DNA from: Candidatus Shapirobacteria bacterium
GTDB lineage: Bacteria; Patescibacteriota; Microgenomatia; 0-14-0-10-38-17
DNA length: 59,882 bases
Assembly: GCA_028695445.1 (NCBI GenBank)
Contig: JAQVIV010000002.1
Coordinates: 1-59,882 of the forward strand
Direction of reading: 5' to 3'
Every line of letters starts with the position of its first letter. Position 1 is the first letter of the stretch. The position numbers and the translations under genes were made by a program. Below the pieces are notes generated by a model. It did no database searches. It saw nothing but the letters and a program-made list of their open reading frames with translations, and was not told where the DNA came from. This document shows, one piece after another, positions 7,296-15,637 of this stretch.

Positions 7296-7356
7296 AGAGA
7301 GATTTAGACATATAGAAATATAGAATTTTAGACATTTTAAAAAGACAAAAAATACT
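7296..7356. repeat. short F-type stutter spacer
   Basis: agatttagacatatagaaatatagaattttagacatttt, related to 2833-2880. Confidence 0.5.
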
Positions 7357-7680
7357 ATGAAGATTAAAAAAGGCGATAAGGTTAGGGTTATTGCTGGCAA
7401 AGATCGGGGCCGAGAAGGGGTCGTTGATCAGGCTTTGCCTAAGAAAAATGCCGTGATTTTACCTGAGATAAATCTTTACAAAAAAGCCGTTCGACCCAAG
7501 AAAGAGGGTGATAAGGGGGGTATTATTGATGTCGCCCGACCCCTGGATATTTCTAAGGTAATGTTGATTTGTCCCAAGTGCCACAAGCCGACCAGGGTGG
7601 GTTACCAGCTGTCAGATAAGGGCAAGAATAAAAAAGATGGCAAATTAAGGGTTTGTAAAAAGTGTCGGGAGTTAATTTAA
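7357..7680 (+). CDS. rplX: 50S ribosomal protein L24 (four-Cys variant)
   Basis: KOW motif IKKGDKV.VIAGKD.G..G.V. Contains CPKC...CKKC in the C-terminal half. Confidence 0.93.
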   Translation: MKIKKGDKVRVIAGKDRGREGVVDQALPKKNAVILPEINLYKKAVRPKKEGDKGGIIDVARPLDISKVMLICPKCHKPTRVGYQLSDKGKNKKDGKLRVCKKCRELI

Positions 7681-7684
7681 AAAA

Positions 7685-8227
7685 ATGGATAATTTTTGGC
7701 AAAAATATCAAAAAGAAGCAGTTCCCTTTCTAATAAAAGGGCTGGGACTAAAAAATCAGATGGCCGCCCCAAAAGTTACTAAAGTGGTGGTCAATATGGG
7801 TGTGGCCAAGGACAGTGATAATAAGGAATCTTTTGAGAGAGCCAAGGAGAGCCTGTTTTTAATTACTGGCCAAAAGCCAAAAGTTAATCAAGCTAAAAAA
7901 TCTATTTCTGGTTTTGCTCTAAGGAAGGGGGCGCCAATTGGCTTATCGGTTACTCTAAGGAAGAACCGCTTGGGCGATTTTTTGGACAAACTATTTCATT
8001 TGGTTTTGCCTCAGGTTAAAGACTTTAGGGGATTACCCCTGTCGGCTTTTGACGGCCAAGGCAATTACACCATTGGGTTAAAAGAGAACACCCTTTTTCC
8101 CGAGATTGATTATGATAAAATAGATCGGCCTCGTAGCCTAGAAGTAACAATTGTTACCAACGCTAGTAGTGATGAAAAAGCCAAAAAATTGCTCGAGGTA
8201 ATGGGAGCACCATTTGAAAAAGAATAA
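7685..8227 (+). CDS. rplE: 50S ribosomal protein L5
   Basis: P.V.KVVVNMGV, GQKP......KSI..F.LR.G.PIG..VTLR, FDG.GNY..G..E...FPEI.YD motifs. Confidence 0.97.
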   Translation: MDNFWQKYQKEAVPFLIKGLGLKNQMAAPKVTKVVVNMGVAKDSDNKESFERAKESLFLITGQKPKVNQAKKSISGFALRKGAPIGLSVTLRKNRLGDFLDKLFHLVLPQVKDFRGLPLSAFDGQGNYTIGLKENTLFPEIDYDKIDRPRSLEVTIVTNASSDEKAKKLLEVMGAPFEKE

Positions 8228-8248
8228 AAATTAGAAATTTTAATAAAT

Positions 8249-8431
8249 ATGGCAAAAACGTCAAAAATAGTTCGAGAAGAAAAAAAGCTGCTTGAAAACC
8301 GGTATCGCAATCGATGCCAGCTTTGCGGTCGGCCCAGAGGCTATTTGCGCCAATTTGGGCTTTGCCGGCTTTGTTTTAGAAAATTAGCTGATAAAGGTGA
8401 GGTTCCAGGGGTAAGGAAAGCCTCATGGTAG
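8249..8431 (+). CDS. rpsN: 30S ribosomal protein S14 type Z (zinc form)
   Basis: 60 aa with CQLCGR...CRLCFR and a C-terminal KASW. Confidence 0.95.
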   Translation: MAKTSKIVREEKKLLENRYRNRCQLCGRPRGYLRQFGLCRLCFRKLADKGEVPGVRKASW

Positions 8432-8558
8432 AAAAAGCTCAGAACTTAAAATTCAAAACCCAAAACTAAAACTAAAAACTAATTTTAGGATAAATTTAAA
8501 TAAAAAATCATTAAAAATTGAATAAAAATTAAGAATTAGAAATTAAAAATTAAACAAG
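8432..8558. repeat. mosaic repeat (aaaac stutter plus module A)
   Basis: gaacttaaaattcaaaacccaaaactaaaactaaaaacta, then aaatcattaaaaattgaataaaaattaagaattagaaattaaaaattaaacaag before the GTG. Confidence 0.7.
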
Positions 8559-8960
8559 GTGAGTCAAGATACAATTGCCAACTTTTTATCTGCCCTAAGA
8601 AATGCTTATGCGGCTGGCAAAAATGAGACCCAGATGCCCTTTTCCGGCTTTAATCTTAATTTGGCCCAAATTTTGGTTAAAGAGCGGTATTTGACCAAAG
8701 TTGAAAAGGTCGCGGCAGGGAAAAATATTTTTAAATTGGTGATTACCCTTAATAACCCAAGGGATAAAAAAAGAAGACCGATTACCAATATTAAGAGAAT
8801 CTCTAAATCTGGTGTTCGTCATTATGTTTCAGTTGAGGAGCTGGCTGGTCATAATCGGCGCTTGGGAACAGTGGTTATTTCAACCCCGAAAGGATTGATG
8901 ACTACCAAAGAAGCGAAGAAGAATAATTTGGGTGGAGAGTTGATTTGCCGGGTATGGTGA
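8559..8960 (+). CDS. rpsH: 30S ribosomal protein S8 (GTG start)
   Basis: D.IA..L..LRNA, ISKSG.R.Y, G..VISTP.G.MT...A...N.GGE..C.VW. Confidence 0.96.
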   Translation: MSQDTIANFLSALRNAYAAGKNETQMPFSGFNLNLAQILVKERYLTKVEKVAAGKNIFKLVITLNNPRDKKRRPITNIKRISKSGVRHYVSVEELAGHNRRLGTVVISTPKGLMTTKEAKKNNLGGELICRVW

Positions 8961-9014
8961 AGACAATCAAAAATTGAATAAAAATTAAGAATTATAAATT
9001 AAAAATTAAACAGG
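8961..9014. repeat. module A copy ending at the rplF start
   Basis: caatcaaaaattgaataaaaattaagaattataaattaaaaattaaacagg before the GTG. Confidence 0.7.
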
Positions 9015-9569
9015 GTGTCTAAAGTCGGCAAGAAACCAATAACATTACCAGAAGGTACCAAAGTTGCCATTACCGGCAATAAGGTAACAGTCGAAGGGCC
9101 TAAGGGCCAGTTGGTCTGGACGGCCCCCAATATTTTAAAGATTTCTCAAAAAGAAGGCATCTTGTTGGTTGAGAGGAAAGATGATACTAAGGAGGCCAGG
9201 GTAGCCCATGGCACCACCCGCCAACTTTTGGCCAACATGGTAAGAGGGGTTAACGAAGAGTGGAATAAAAAACTTCAAGTGGTAGGAACTGGTTATGTGG
9301 TCCAGATGAAGGGAAAGGACTTGAATTTATCTTTGGGCTTGTCTCATCAGATTGATTTTTTAGCCCCAGAGGGAATTCGGTTTGAGGTGGACGGGGACAC
9401 TATTACAGTCTTAGGAATTGATCGTCAACGGGTTGGCCAAGCTGCCTATCAGATTCGCTCTTTGCGGCCGCCTGATGCCTATAAAGGCAAAGGAATTCGT
9501 TATTTAAATGAGGAAATTAAATTGAAGCCAGGTAAGGCCGCCAAGGCTGGTGAGGGGGGAGGAGAGTAA
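9015..9569 (+). CDS. rplF: 50S ribosomal protein L6 (GTG start)
   Basis: SKVGKKPI..P.G..V......V.V.GPKG, PPDAYKGKGIRY motifs. Confidence 0.96.
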   Translation: MSKVGKKPITLPEGTKVAITGNKVTVEGPKGQLVWTAPNILKISQKEGILLVERKDDTKEARVAHGTTRQLLANMVRGVNEEWNKKLQVVGTGYVVQMKGKDLNLSLGLSHQIDFLAPEGIRFEVDGDTITVLGIDRQRVGQAAYQIRSLRPPDAYKGKGIRYLNEEIKLKPGKAAKAGEGGGE

Positions 9570-9695
9570 ATAATAACGTTCTAATTTTAAATTTTCAATT
9601 TTTAATGAATTTCTAATGATTTAATGTTTTAAAAATTTAGACAATAAAAATTGAATAGAAATTAAGAATTAGAAATTAGAAATTAAATAAGCGCC
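9570..9695. repeat. foldback element: inverted module A plus module A
   Basis: ttctaattttaaattttcaatttttaatgaatttctaatgatttaatgtttt | aaaaatttagacaat | aaaaattgaatagaaattaagaattagaaattagaaattaaa. Positions 9597-9664 are identical to 47942-48009. Confidence 0.8.
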
Positions 9696-10043
9696 ATGGA
9701 TGATAAAATAAAACAACAAAAGAAAAGGCGGGTTCGGGTGCGGGGAAAGATCTTTGGTACCAGTGATCGGCCCCGATTATCGGTTCATCGTTCTAATCAC
9801 TATATAAGCGCCCAGATTATTGATGATGACAAAAGGCAAACCCTGGTTGGATTAACCAGTAAGGGCTTGCCAGATAAAAAATCATCGCCGGTAGAAAGGG
9901 CGGGCTTGTTGGGAGAACAGTTAGCAAAGATCGCCACAGAAAAAAAAATTAAAAAAGTCGTTTTTGATCGAGGCTCTTATCGTTTTCATGGCCAGGTTCG
10001 GGCCTTAGCCGAAGGGGCTAGAAAAGGGGGATTAGAATTTTAA
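9696..10043 (+). CDS. rplR: 50S ribosomal protein L18
   Basis: RPRLSVHRSN.HI.AQIIDD, FDR....YHG.V.ALAEGAR..GL.F. Confidence 0.96.
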   Translation: MDDKIKQQKKRRVRVRGKIFGTSDRPRLSVHRSNHYISAQIIDDDKRQTLVGLTSKGLPDKKSSPVERAGLLGEQLAKIATEKKIKKVVFDRGSYRFHGQVRALAEGARKGGLEF

Positions 10044-10056
10044 TTTTAAAAAAATT

Positions 10057-10539
10057 ATGTCAAACGATAGACGAGGAAGACCAGATAGAAGAAATCAAGA
10101 AGACGAGATTTATAATCGAGTCATTGAAATTAAGCGAGTAGCCAAAAAGACCAAGGGTGGTAATACTATTTCTTTTACTGCCCTAATGGTGGTTGGTGAT
10201 CGGCAAAGCCAGGTCGGTTTAGCCTTGGGCAAGGGTCTGGACGTTTTGTCGGCCATTAATAAGGGTAGGAAAAGAGCGGAGAAGGAAATGTTTATTGTCC
10301 CCATGAGGGGCAAGACTATTCCCCACGACATTCGTTTTAAACGGGGAGCGGCTCAGGTTTTGTTAAGACCGGCTCCTTTAGGCAGTGGGATTATTGCCAG
10401 TCAATCGATTAAACTTCTCCTGGAGGCGGCAGGTTATGAAGACATGTCGGTAAAAATTTTAGGGAGTAATAATAAAATGGCTAATGTTAGCGCTGTTATT
10501 AGCGCCTTAAAGAAGCTAAAAGAATATGGTCAAGAATAA
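10057..10539 (+). CDS. rpsE: 30S ribosomal protein S5
   Basis: V..I.RV.K..KGG....F.AL.VVGD..G.VG...GK motif. Confidence 0.96.
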   Translation: MSNDRRGRPDRRNQEDEIYNRVIEIKRVAKKTKGGNTISFTALMVVGDRQSQVGLALGKGLDVLSAINKGRKRAEKEMFIVPMRGKTIPHDIRFKRGAAQVLLRPAPLGSGIIASQSIKLLLEAAGYEDMSVKILGSNNKMANVSAVISALKKLKEYGQE

Positions 10540-11005
10540 TAGTAAATCCACTGTTTTGAGTTGTTTACCCAAAAGCGTTTCTTTTTCGGGGAAACGAGTT
10601 GGCCGGGGTTATGGTTCCGGTAAGGGAGGCCATACTGTCGGTCGAGGCGCCAAGGGTTTGAAGGCCAGAAGCAAAAGACATCTTCTCTTTGAAGGGCGAA
10701 AGACGCAAAAATCACTGCTTCGTCGAACTCCTCTTTTAAGAGGCAAGGGTAAACTTAAGTCTTATCAAGATAAACCAATTATTTTAAGTCTAGACAAGCT
10801 TAATATTTTTAAGAACCAGTTGACAGTTGATCAGAATAAATTAATTAAAGAAGGACTGATTGATGCCAAGGAAGCCAAAAGAATGGGCGTTAAGGTTTTG
10901 GCGAATGGAGAGCTGAAAAGGGCTCTTAAGGTTGCTTTGCCGGTATCGGCTGGGGCTAAAAAAGCGATTGAGGAAGCGGGAGGAGAGGTGGTCGAAAGCC
11001 AATAG
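10526..11005 (+). CDS. rplO: 50S ribosomal protein L15
   Basis: KRVGRGYGSGKGGHTVGRGAKG motif. Overlaps rpsE by 14 nt, leaving no room for rpmD. Confidence 0.95.
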   Translation: MVKNNSKSTVLSCLPKSVSFSGKRVGRGYGSGKGGHTVGRGAKGLKARSKRHLLFEGRKTQKSLLRRTPLLRGKGKLKSYQDKPIILSLDKLNIFKNQLTVDQNKLIKEGLIDAKEAKRMGVKVLANGELKRALKVALPVSAGAKKAIEEAGGEVVESQ

Positions 11006-11230
11006 GCTTTCGATAAATTTCCAATTTCCAAGTTCCAATTTCCAAATAATTTTTGTCATTTTGACGAACCCCACGTAGTTCGTGGAGAAAAATTCCAATC
11101 GGGAAGGCAATTAAGGACGGGATCCTTCTCCGCCAGTCGGCGGATCAGGATGACGAAACGAAAATCAGAAATTAAATCATTAGAAATTGAATAGAAATTT
11201 TAAATTAAAAATTAGAAATTACCAAAAAGA
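11006..11230. repeat. mosaic repeat (E stutter, small hairpins, GC hairpin D copy 2, module A)
   Basis: aaatttccaatttccaagttccaatttccaaa; ccacg-tagtt-cgtgg; element D at 11119-11154; attaaatcattagaaattgaatagaaattttaaattaaaaattagaaatt before the GTG. Confidence 0.75.
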
Positions 11231-12520
11231 GTGTTGGAAAAAATTGTTCAAGTTGTTAAGCCGCTCTGGCAAGTTAAGCAAGTAAGAAACAAAATCCTCT
11301 TTACTCTTTTAATTTTGGCCGCCTTGCGGTTGTTGGCACACATTCCCGTTCCGGGGGTTAACACGAGTGTTTTAGAACAAATATTCTTGGGCAATCAGTT
11401 TTTGGGACTATTAGACATTTTTTCTGGCGGCAGTTTATCTAATTTTTCTATTATTGCTTTGGGTTTGGGTCCCTATATTAATGCTTCAATTATCTTTCAG
11501 CTCTTGGCTTTTGTTTTTCCTTATTTTGAGCGGCTATCTAAAGAGGGGGAAGCCGGTCGAGAGAAAATTGAGTTTTATACCAAAATTGCCACCTTGCCTT
11601 TGGCGATTTTTCAAGGTTTGGGAATTTATGCTCTTCTGCGCAATCAGGGTATCATTACCGGCCTTGGCCCCTTAGACCTGGTTACTTTTATTGTTACCCT
11701 GACCGGGGGCGCTTTTTTATTGGTCTGGCTGGGGAGCTTAGTATCTGACTATGGGGTTGGCAATGGCATTTCCTTATTAATTTTTGCCGGTATTATTAGT
11801 CAAATGCCTCAAGGATTTGCTCAAACTCTGGCTGTTGGTCAGGGTGGATTTAATTTGCTTTTACTCGTTGTCTTAAGCCTGTTGGCAATTATGGCGGTAG
11901 TTGCGGTTACTGAGGCGGCCAGAAGAATTCCGGTTCAGTACGCCAAAAGGGTTCGGGGTCGAAAAATGTATGGCGGAGGCTCCACCTACTTGCCGTTTAA
12001 GTTAAACCAGGCTGGTGTAATTCCAATAATTTTTGCCGTTTCTTTGGTTTTGCTACCCTCAATGTTGGGTCAGTTTTTGACTGGAGTTGGCAACAAAACT
12101 ATCAGTTCTTTGGCCGCAAACCTGGCCAACCTTTTCACTCCCAACGGTCCTGTTTATAATTTAACCTATTTTTTAATGGTTGTTTTGTTTACTTTTTTTT
12201 ATACCATGATTGTTTTTAACCCGGAAAAAATTTCCGAAGAAATTAAAAAATCGGGTGGTTTTATTCCCGGCATCCGTCCCGGTAAACCAACCGCCAATTA
12301 TTTACAACAAGTATCTTTGCGAGTAACCTTGCCGGGAGCTTTATTTTTGGGTTTGGTGGCGGTTCTGCCGACCATTGTTCAGGGTTTAACCGGGATTAGC
12401 AGTTTGGCTATTGGCGGTACCGGGATCTTAATTGTTGTTTCGGTGGTTTTAGAGACGGTTCGCCTGGTGGAAAACATGGTTCAAATGAGGGGTTATGAGA
12501 AGTTTTTAGAGAAATACTAG
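11231..12520 (+). CDS. secY: preprotein translocase subunit SecY (GTG start)
   Basis: 429 aa, multi-TM. ALGLGPYINASIIFQLL and GGFIPGIRPGKPT motifs. Confidence 0.97.
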   Translation: MLEKIVQVVKPLWQVKQVRNKILFTLLILAALRLLAHIPVPGVNTSVLEQIFLGNQFLGLLDIFSGGSLSNFSIIALGLGPYINASIIFQLLAFVFPYFERLSKEGEAGREKIEFYTKIATLPLAIFQGLGIYALLRNQGIITGLGPLDLVTFIVTLTGGAFLLVWLGSLVSDYGVGNGISLLIFAGIISQMPQGFAQTLAVGQGGFNLLLLVVLSLLAIMAVVAVTEAARRIPVQYAKRVRGRKMYGGGSTYLPFKLNQAGVIPIIFAVSLVLLPSMLGQFLTGVGNKTISSLAANLANLFTPNGPVYNLTYFLMVVLFTFFYTMIVFNPEKISEEIKKSGGFIPGIRPGKPTANYLQQVSLRVTLPGALFLGLVAVLPTIVQGLTGISSLAIGGTGILIVVSVVLETVRLVENMVQMRGYEKFLEKY

Positions 12521-12613
12521 AGAAAATTTCTAATTTCTAATGATTTAATTTTTAAAAATTCAGCAAATAGAAATTGAATAAGAATTTAAAATTAAAAATT
12601 AAGAATTAACAGA
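12521..12613. repeat. foldback element (inverted A plus A)
   Basis: aaaatttctaatttctaatgatttaattttt | aaaaattcagcaaat | agaaattgaataagaatttaaaattaaaaattaagaatt. Confidence 0.7.
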
Positions 12614-13273
12614 ATGAACATTATCTTAATCGGTCCGCCAGGATCAGGAAAAGGAACCCAGGCTAAAAAAATTTTGGCTGATTTTTCCCTGAATTACTTC
12701 TCTGCTGGGGATATTTTAAGGGGTTTGGCCAAGGAGGATTCCCCGCTTGGTCGGGAAGTTGCCCAGATTATGGCTCAGGGAAAGTTAGTTTCTGATAGTC
12801 TTATGGCTCAAATTATTGAAGACTTTCTAACTAGAAATGAGGGGGATGTTGTTTTTGATGGTTATCCTCGGGGTTTGGACCAGGCGGTTTTTTTAGAGAA
12901 AAGTTTAAAAAACCGTGGCGGAATTAGTTTGGTTATTAACTTGCAGGTTCCCGAAGAGGTTTTGATTAATCGACTTTCTTCTCGGGTTATTTGTCGAAAC
13001 TGCGACGCCGTCTATAATTTGATTACTAACCCGCCCAAAAAGAAGGAAATTTGCGATACTTGTGGGGGGGAGCTTTATCAGCGAGACGACGAAACGCCGG
13101 AAGCAGTCAAAAAAAGATTGGCGGTTTTTGATCGGCAAACTAAACCGGTAATAGAGTTTTTTGATCGAAAAGGCGGCATTTTTAATGTTGATGGTAATCA
13201 GTCGATTGAGGCGATTTATCTGATAATTAGGAAGAAGCTGGTTAATATTGGTCTTGGGTTGATCAGTGCCTAG
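12614..13273 (+). CDS. adk: adenylate kinase (zinc-lid type)
   Basis: GPPGSGKGTQA P-loop. The lid carries CRNC...CDTCGG. Confidence 0.96.
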   Translation: MNIILIGPPGSGKGTQAKKILADFSLNYFSAGDILRGLAKEDSPLGREVAQIMAQGKLVSDSLMAQIIEDFLTRNEGDVVFDGYPRGLDQAVFLEKSLKNRGGISLVINLQVPEEVLINRLSSRVICRNCDAVYNLITNPPKKKEICDTCGGELYQRDDETPEAVKKRLAVFDRQTKPVIEFFDRKGGIFNVDGNQSIEAIYLIIRKKLVNIGLGLISA

Positions 13274-13291
13274 ACAGCCAAGGTATATTAA

Positions 13292-13300
13292 TGTTAAAAT
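13292..13300 (+). promoter_or_regulatory. possible extended -10 (tgttaaaat) upstream of infA
   Basis: TGnTAAAAT lies 30 nt before the infA ATG. No clear -35. Confidence 0.3.
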
Positions 13301-13330
13301 AGGACTTGGTTTTTAAATAATTAGTAATTA

Positions 13331-13546
13331 ATGGTTAAGGACAAGAATCAAGAAATAGACGGCAAGGTAACGGAATCTCTGCCCAACGCCATGTTTCGAG
13401 TAGAATTAGATGATGGACGAAAGGTTTTGACCCAGTTGGCGGGAAAAATGAGGCTTTATCATATCAAGGTTATCCCTGGCGATCGAGTCAGGGTTGAGAT
13501 GACCCCCTACGATGATGAGCGAGGACGAATTACCTACCGCTACTAA
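13331..13546 (+). CDS. infA: translation initiation factor IF-1
   Basis: [14 protein letters not shown]......L.GKMR...I...PGD.V.VE..PYD...GRI.YR. Confidence 0.97.
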   Translation: MVKDKNQEIDGKVTESLPNAMFRVELDDGRKVLTQLAGKMRLYHIKVIPGDRVRVEMTPYDDERGRITYRY

Positions 13547-13664
13547 TTATAATTTTTAATTTTTAATTTTTAATTTCTAGTGAATTACTAATGATTAAAT
13601 TTTTAAAAATTTATTAAATAAAAATTGAATAAGAATTTAAAATTAAGAATTAAGAATTAAAGCT
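13547..13664. repeat. foldback element (inverted A plus A), paralog of 13779-13899
   Basis: Shares ttaatttctag(t/c)gaattactaatgattaaatttttaaaaattta and aaaaattgaataagaatttaaaattaagaattaa with the next spacer. Confidence 0.75.
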
Positions 13665-13778
13665 ATGAAAGTTCAGTCGTCAATTAAAAAACGATGTCGA
13701 GACTGTAAAATTGTTCGGCGGCGGGGTAAATTATATATCACTTGTAAAAATCCAAAGCACAAACAAAGGCAAGGATGA
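13665..13778 (+). CDS. rpmJ: 50S ribosomal protein L36 (zinc form)
   Basis: Not in the track (37 aa). My translation is [37 protein letters not shown], ending at TGA 13776-13778. Confidence 0.93.
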   Translation: MKVQSSIKKRCRDCKIVRRRGKLYITCKNPKHKQRQG

Positions 13779-13899
13779 GAAGAAAATTTCTAATTTCTAA
13801 TTCTTAATTTCTAGCGAATTACTAATGATTAAATTTTTAAAAATTTAGACAATAAAAATTGAATAAGAATTTAAAATTAAGAATTAAAAATTAATTACT
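13779..13899. repeat. foldback element (inverted A plus A)
   Basis: Outer 13-bp perfect pairing of taattcttaattt (13798-13810) with aaattaagaatta (13874-13886). Central 16-nt palindrome aaatttttaaaaattt (13831-13846). Confidence 0.75.
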
Positions 13900-14313
13900 A
13901 TGCCTAGAATAGTCGGCGTTAATGTTCCAGATGGAGAGAAGGTTGATTTGGCTTTGACCAGAATTTATGGCATTGGCCAGTCTAATGTTCATCTGGTTTT
14001 GGAAAAATCTAAGGTTGGAGCAAGTAAAAGGGCCAAAGATTTAACTGAAGAAGAAATCGCCTCTTTAAATCAGGTGTTAGGGGAGATGAAGGTTGAGGGC
14101 GACCTTCGAGAAGAGATTAGGAACGACATTGAGAGACTGAAGCAAATTGGTACTTATCGAGGCCGAAGGCACAATGCTAATTTGCCGGCTCGAGGTCAGC
14201 GAACCAGAACTAATGCGCGGACCAAGCGTGGTTCCAGACAAACAGTTGGCGCTCTTAAGAAGGAAGTCTTTACTAAATTAGAAGAGCAAACTAAGAAAGA
14301 AGAGAAAAAATAA
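13900..14313 (+). CDS. rpsM: 30S ribosomal protein S13
   Basis: PRI.GV..P......V.L..IYGIG, IG.YRG.RH...LP.RGQRT.TNART. Confidence 0.97.
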   Translation: MPRIVGVNVPDGEKVDLALTRIYGIGQSNVHLVLEKSKVGASKRAKDLTEEEIASLNQVLGEMKVEGDLREEIRNDIERLKQIGTYRGRRHNANLPARGQRTRTNARTKRGSRQTVGALKKEVFTKLEEQTKKEEKK

Positions 14314-14490
14314 CAAGTAAAAATTATTCTAATTTCTAATTATTCTAATGAAAACCCAACAACCAAGCACCAAAGAGAACAATAAAAATAATTTTGGAAT
14401 TTGGGTTTTGGGATTTAGGAATTCATTAGAGTAATCCGCCACAGGCGGACAGGTTAGAACAATTAGATCAATTAGGTTAATTTCATAGAT
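14314..14490. repeat. module B element with nested GC hairpin
   Basis: Positions 14336-14368 are identical to 1789-1821. Contains ttgggttttgggattt. The ccgccacaggcgg hairpin (14436-14448) is inserted within the right arm. Confidence 0.7.
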
Positions 14491-14913
14491 ATGGCTAAAG
14501 CAAAACCAAAAAAAACAGTTAAAAATAAGGGTAAAAAGATTACCAAGAAAACTGTAGTCAGAAAAGTGACCGAGGCTAAGGTTTATGTTTCGGCCACTTT
14601 CAACAATACCATTGTTACCATCACCGATATGGATGGTAATACTATTTGTTGGTCTTCAGCGGGGAACGCCGGGTTTAAGGGAACTAGAAAGCAAACCCCT
14701 TTTGCTGCGACAGTAACCGCTGAGAAAGCCGCCAAAGAAGCCAAAGAAAAAGGGGTTAAAGAGGTTGAGGTTTACGTTAAAGGGCCTGGTCCGGGAAGAG
14801 AAGCGTCCTTGCGAGCCATTAAGGCTTCGGGGTTAAAAATGACCTTAATTGCCGATGTTACCCCCATGCCTCACAATGGTCCCCGGCCAAAAAAGAAACG
14901 CCGAGGAGCTTAA
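14491..14913 (+). CDS. rpsK: 30S ribosomal protein S11
   Basis: [17 protein letters not shown]...W.SAG..GFKG.RK.TPFAA motif. Confidence 0.97.
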   Translation: MAKAKPKKTVKNKGKKITKKTVVRKVTEAKVYVSATFNNTIVTITDMDGNTICWSSAGNAGFKGTRKQTPFAATVTAEKAAKEAKEKGVKEVEVYVKGPGPGREASLRAIKASGLKMTLIADVTPMPHNGPRPKKKRRGA

Positions 14914-14933
14914 AAAATTAAAGCGATAAAACC

Positions 14934-15551
14934 ATGAGAAAATTACAAAACAATAAGTGTCGAATTTGCCGAAGATTTGGTATAAAATTATTTCTTAAAG
15001 GTAAACGCTGTTATGAAAAATGCCCAATTGATCGGGCTGGAGCTATTCCCCCTGGTGTTCATGGTCGAAAGTTTTCCCGCCCCACTTTTTATTCAGAACA
15101 ATTAAAGGAAAAACAGCGGCTAAAGGCGATTTATGGTCTAAACGAAGCCCAAATGAAGACCTGTTTTAAGCGGGCTCGCAACGTGGAAAATGAACCAACT
15201 GATGAAGTTTTATTGCAGATTTTAGAATCGCGGCTAGATAACGTTTTATACCGACTTGGTTTTTCTCCCAACCGGAGGAGTGCTCGGCAGATGGTGGTTC
15301 ATGGCAAAGTTTTGGTTGATGGCCAAAAGGTAACGATTCCTTCCTATCAGGTTAAGATAGGTCAGGTTGTTTCTTTGACTGGAGGGGTGGAAAATGTTCC
15401 CCAAATAAAACAGGCGCTAGAGGAAGAGACGGCAATCCCCGATTGGCTAGAGAGAAAGGCTTTGGCCGGAACCGTAAAAGAAAAACCTAAGAAAGACGAT
15501 ATTGAGGTGGCGGCTGATGTTTCGGTAGTAATCGAATTTTATTCTCGTTAA
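14934..15551 (+). CDS. rpsD: 30S ribosomal protein S4
   Basis: CR.CRR.G.KLFLKG.RC zinc motif; LE.RLDNV.YRLGF...R..ARQ.V.HG...V.G..V.IPSY. Confidence 0.96.
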   Translation: MRKLQNNKCRICRRFGIKLFLKGKRCYEKCPIDRAGAIPPGVHGRKFSRPTFYSEQLKEKQRLKAIYGLNEAQMKTCFKRARNVENEPTDEVLLQILESRLDNVLYRLGFSPNRRSARQMVVHGKVLVDGQKVTIPSYQVKIGQVVSLTGGVENVPQIKQALEEETAIPDWLERKALAGTVKEKPKKDDIEVAADVSVVIEFYSR

Positions 15552-15559
15552 TTTGGTGG

Positions 15560-15587
15560 TTGAATTTGGCAGGTAATTTGCTAAAAT
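15560..15587 (+). promoter_or_regulatory. possible internal promoter TTGAAT-N16-TAAAAT (TGc extension) before rpoA
   Basis: ttgaat at 15560-15565; tgctaaaat at 15579-15587. Confidence 0.35.
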
Positions 15588-15637
15588 ATACCAGATGGGC
15601 ACTTTAGGTAGCGCCCTTTTTGTTTAGTCATCCTAAA

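Noticed and set aside
13547-13899. Could the periodic AT-rich repeats be a CRISPR array or its remnant?
   Set aside because: The repeat words are 7-8 nt with no unique spacers of 25-40 nt. The copies lie between translated genes of one operon, and no cas genes are present.
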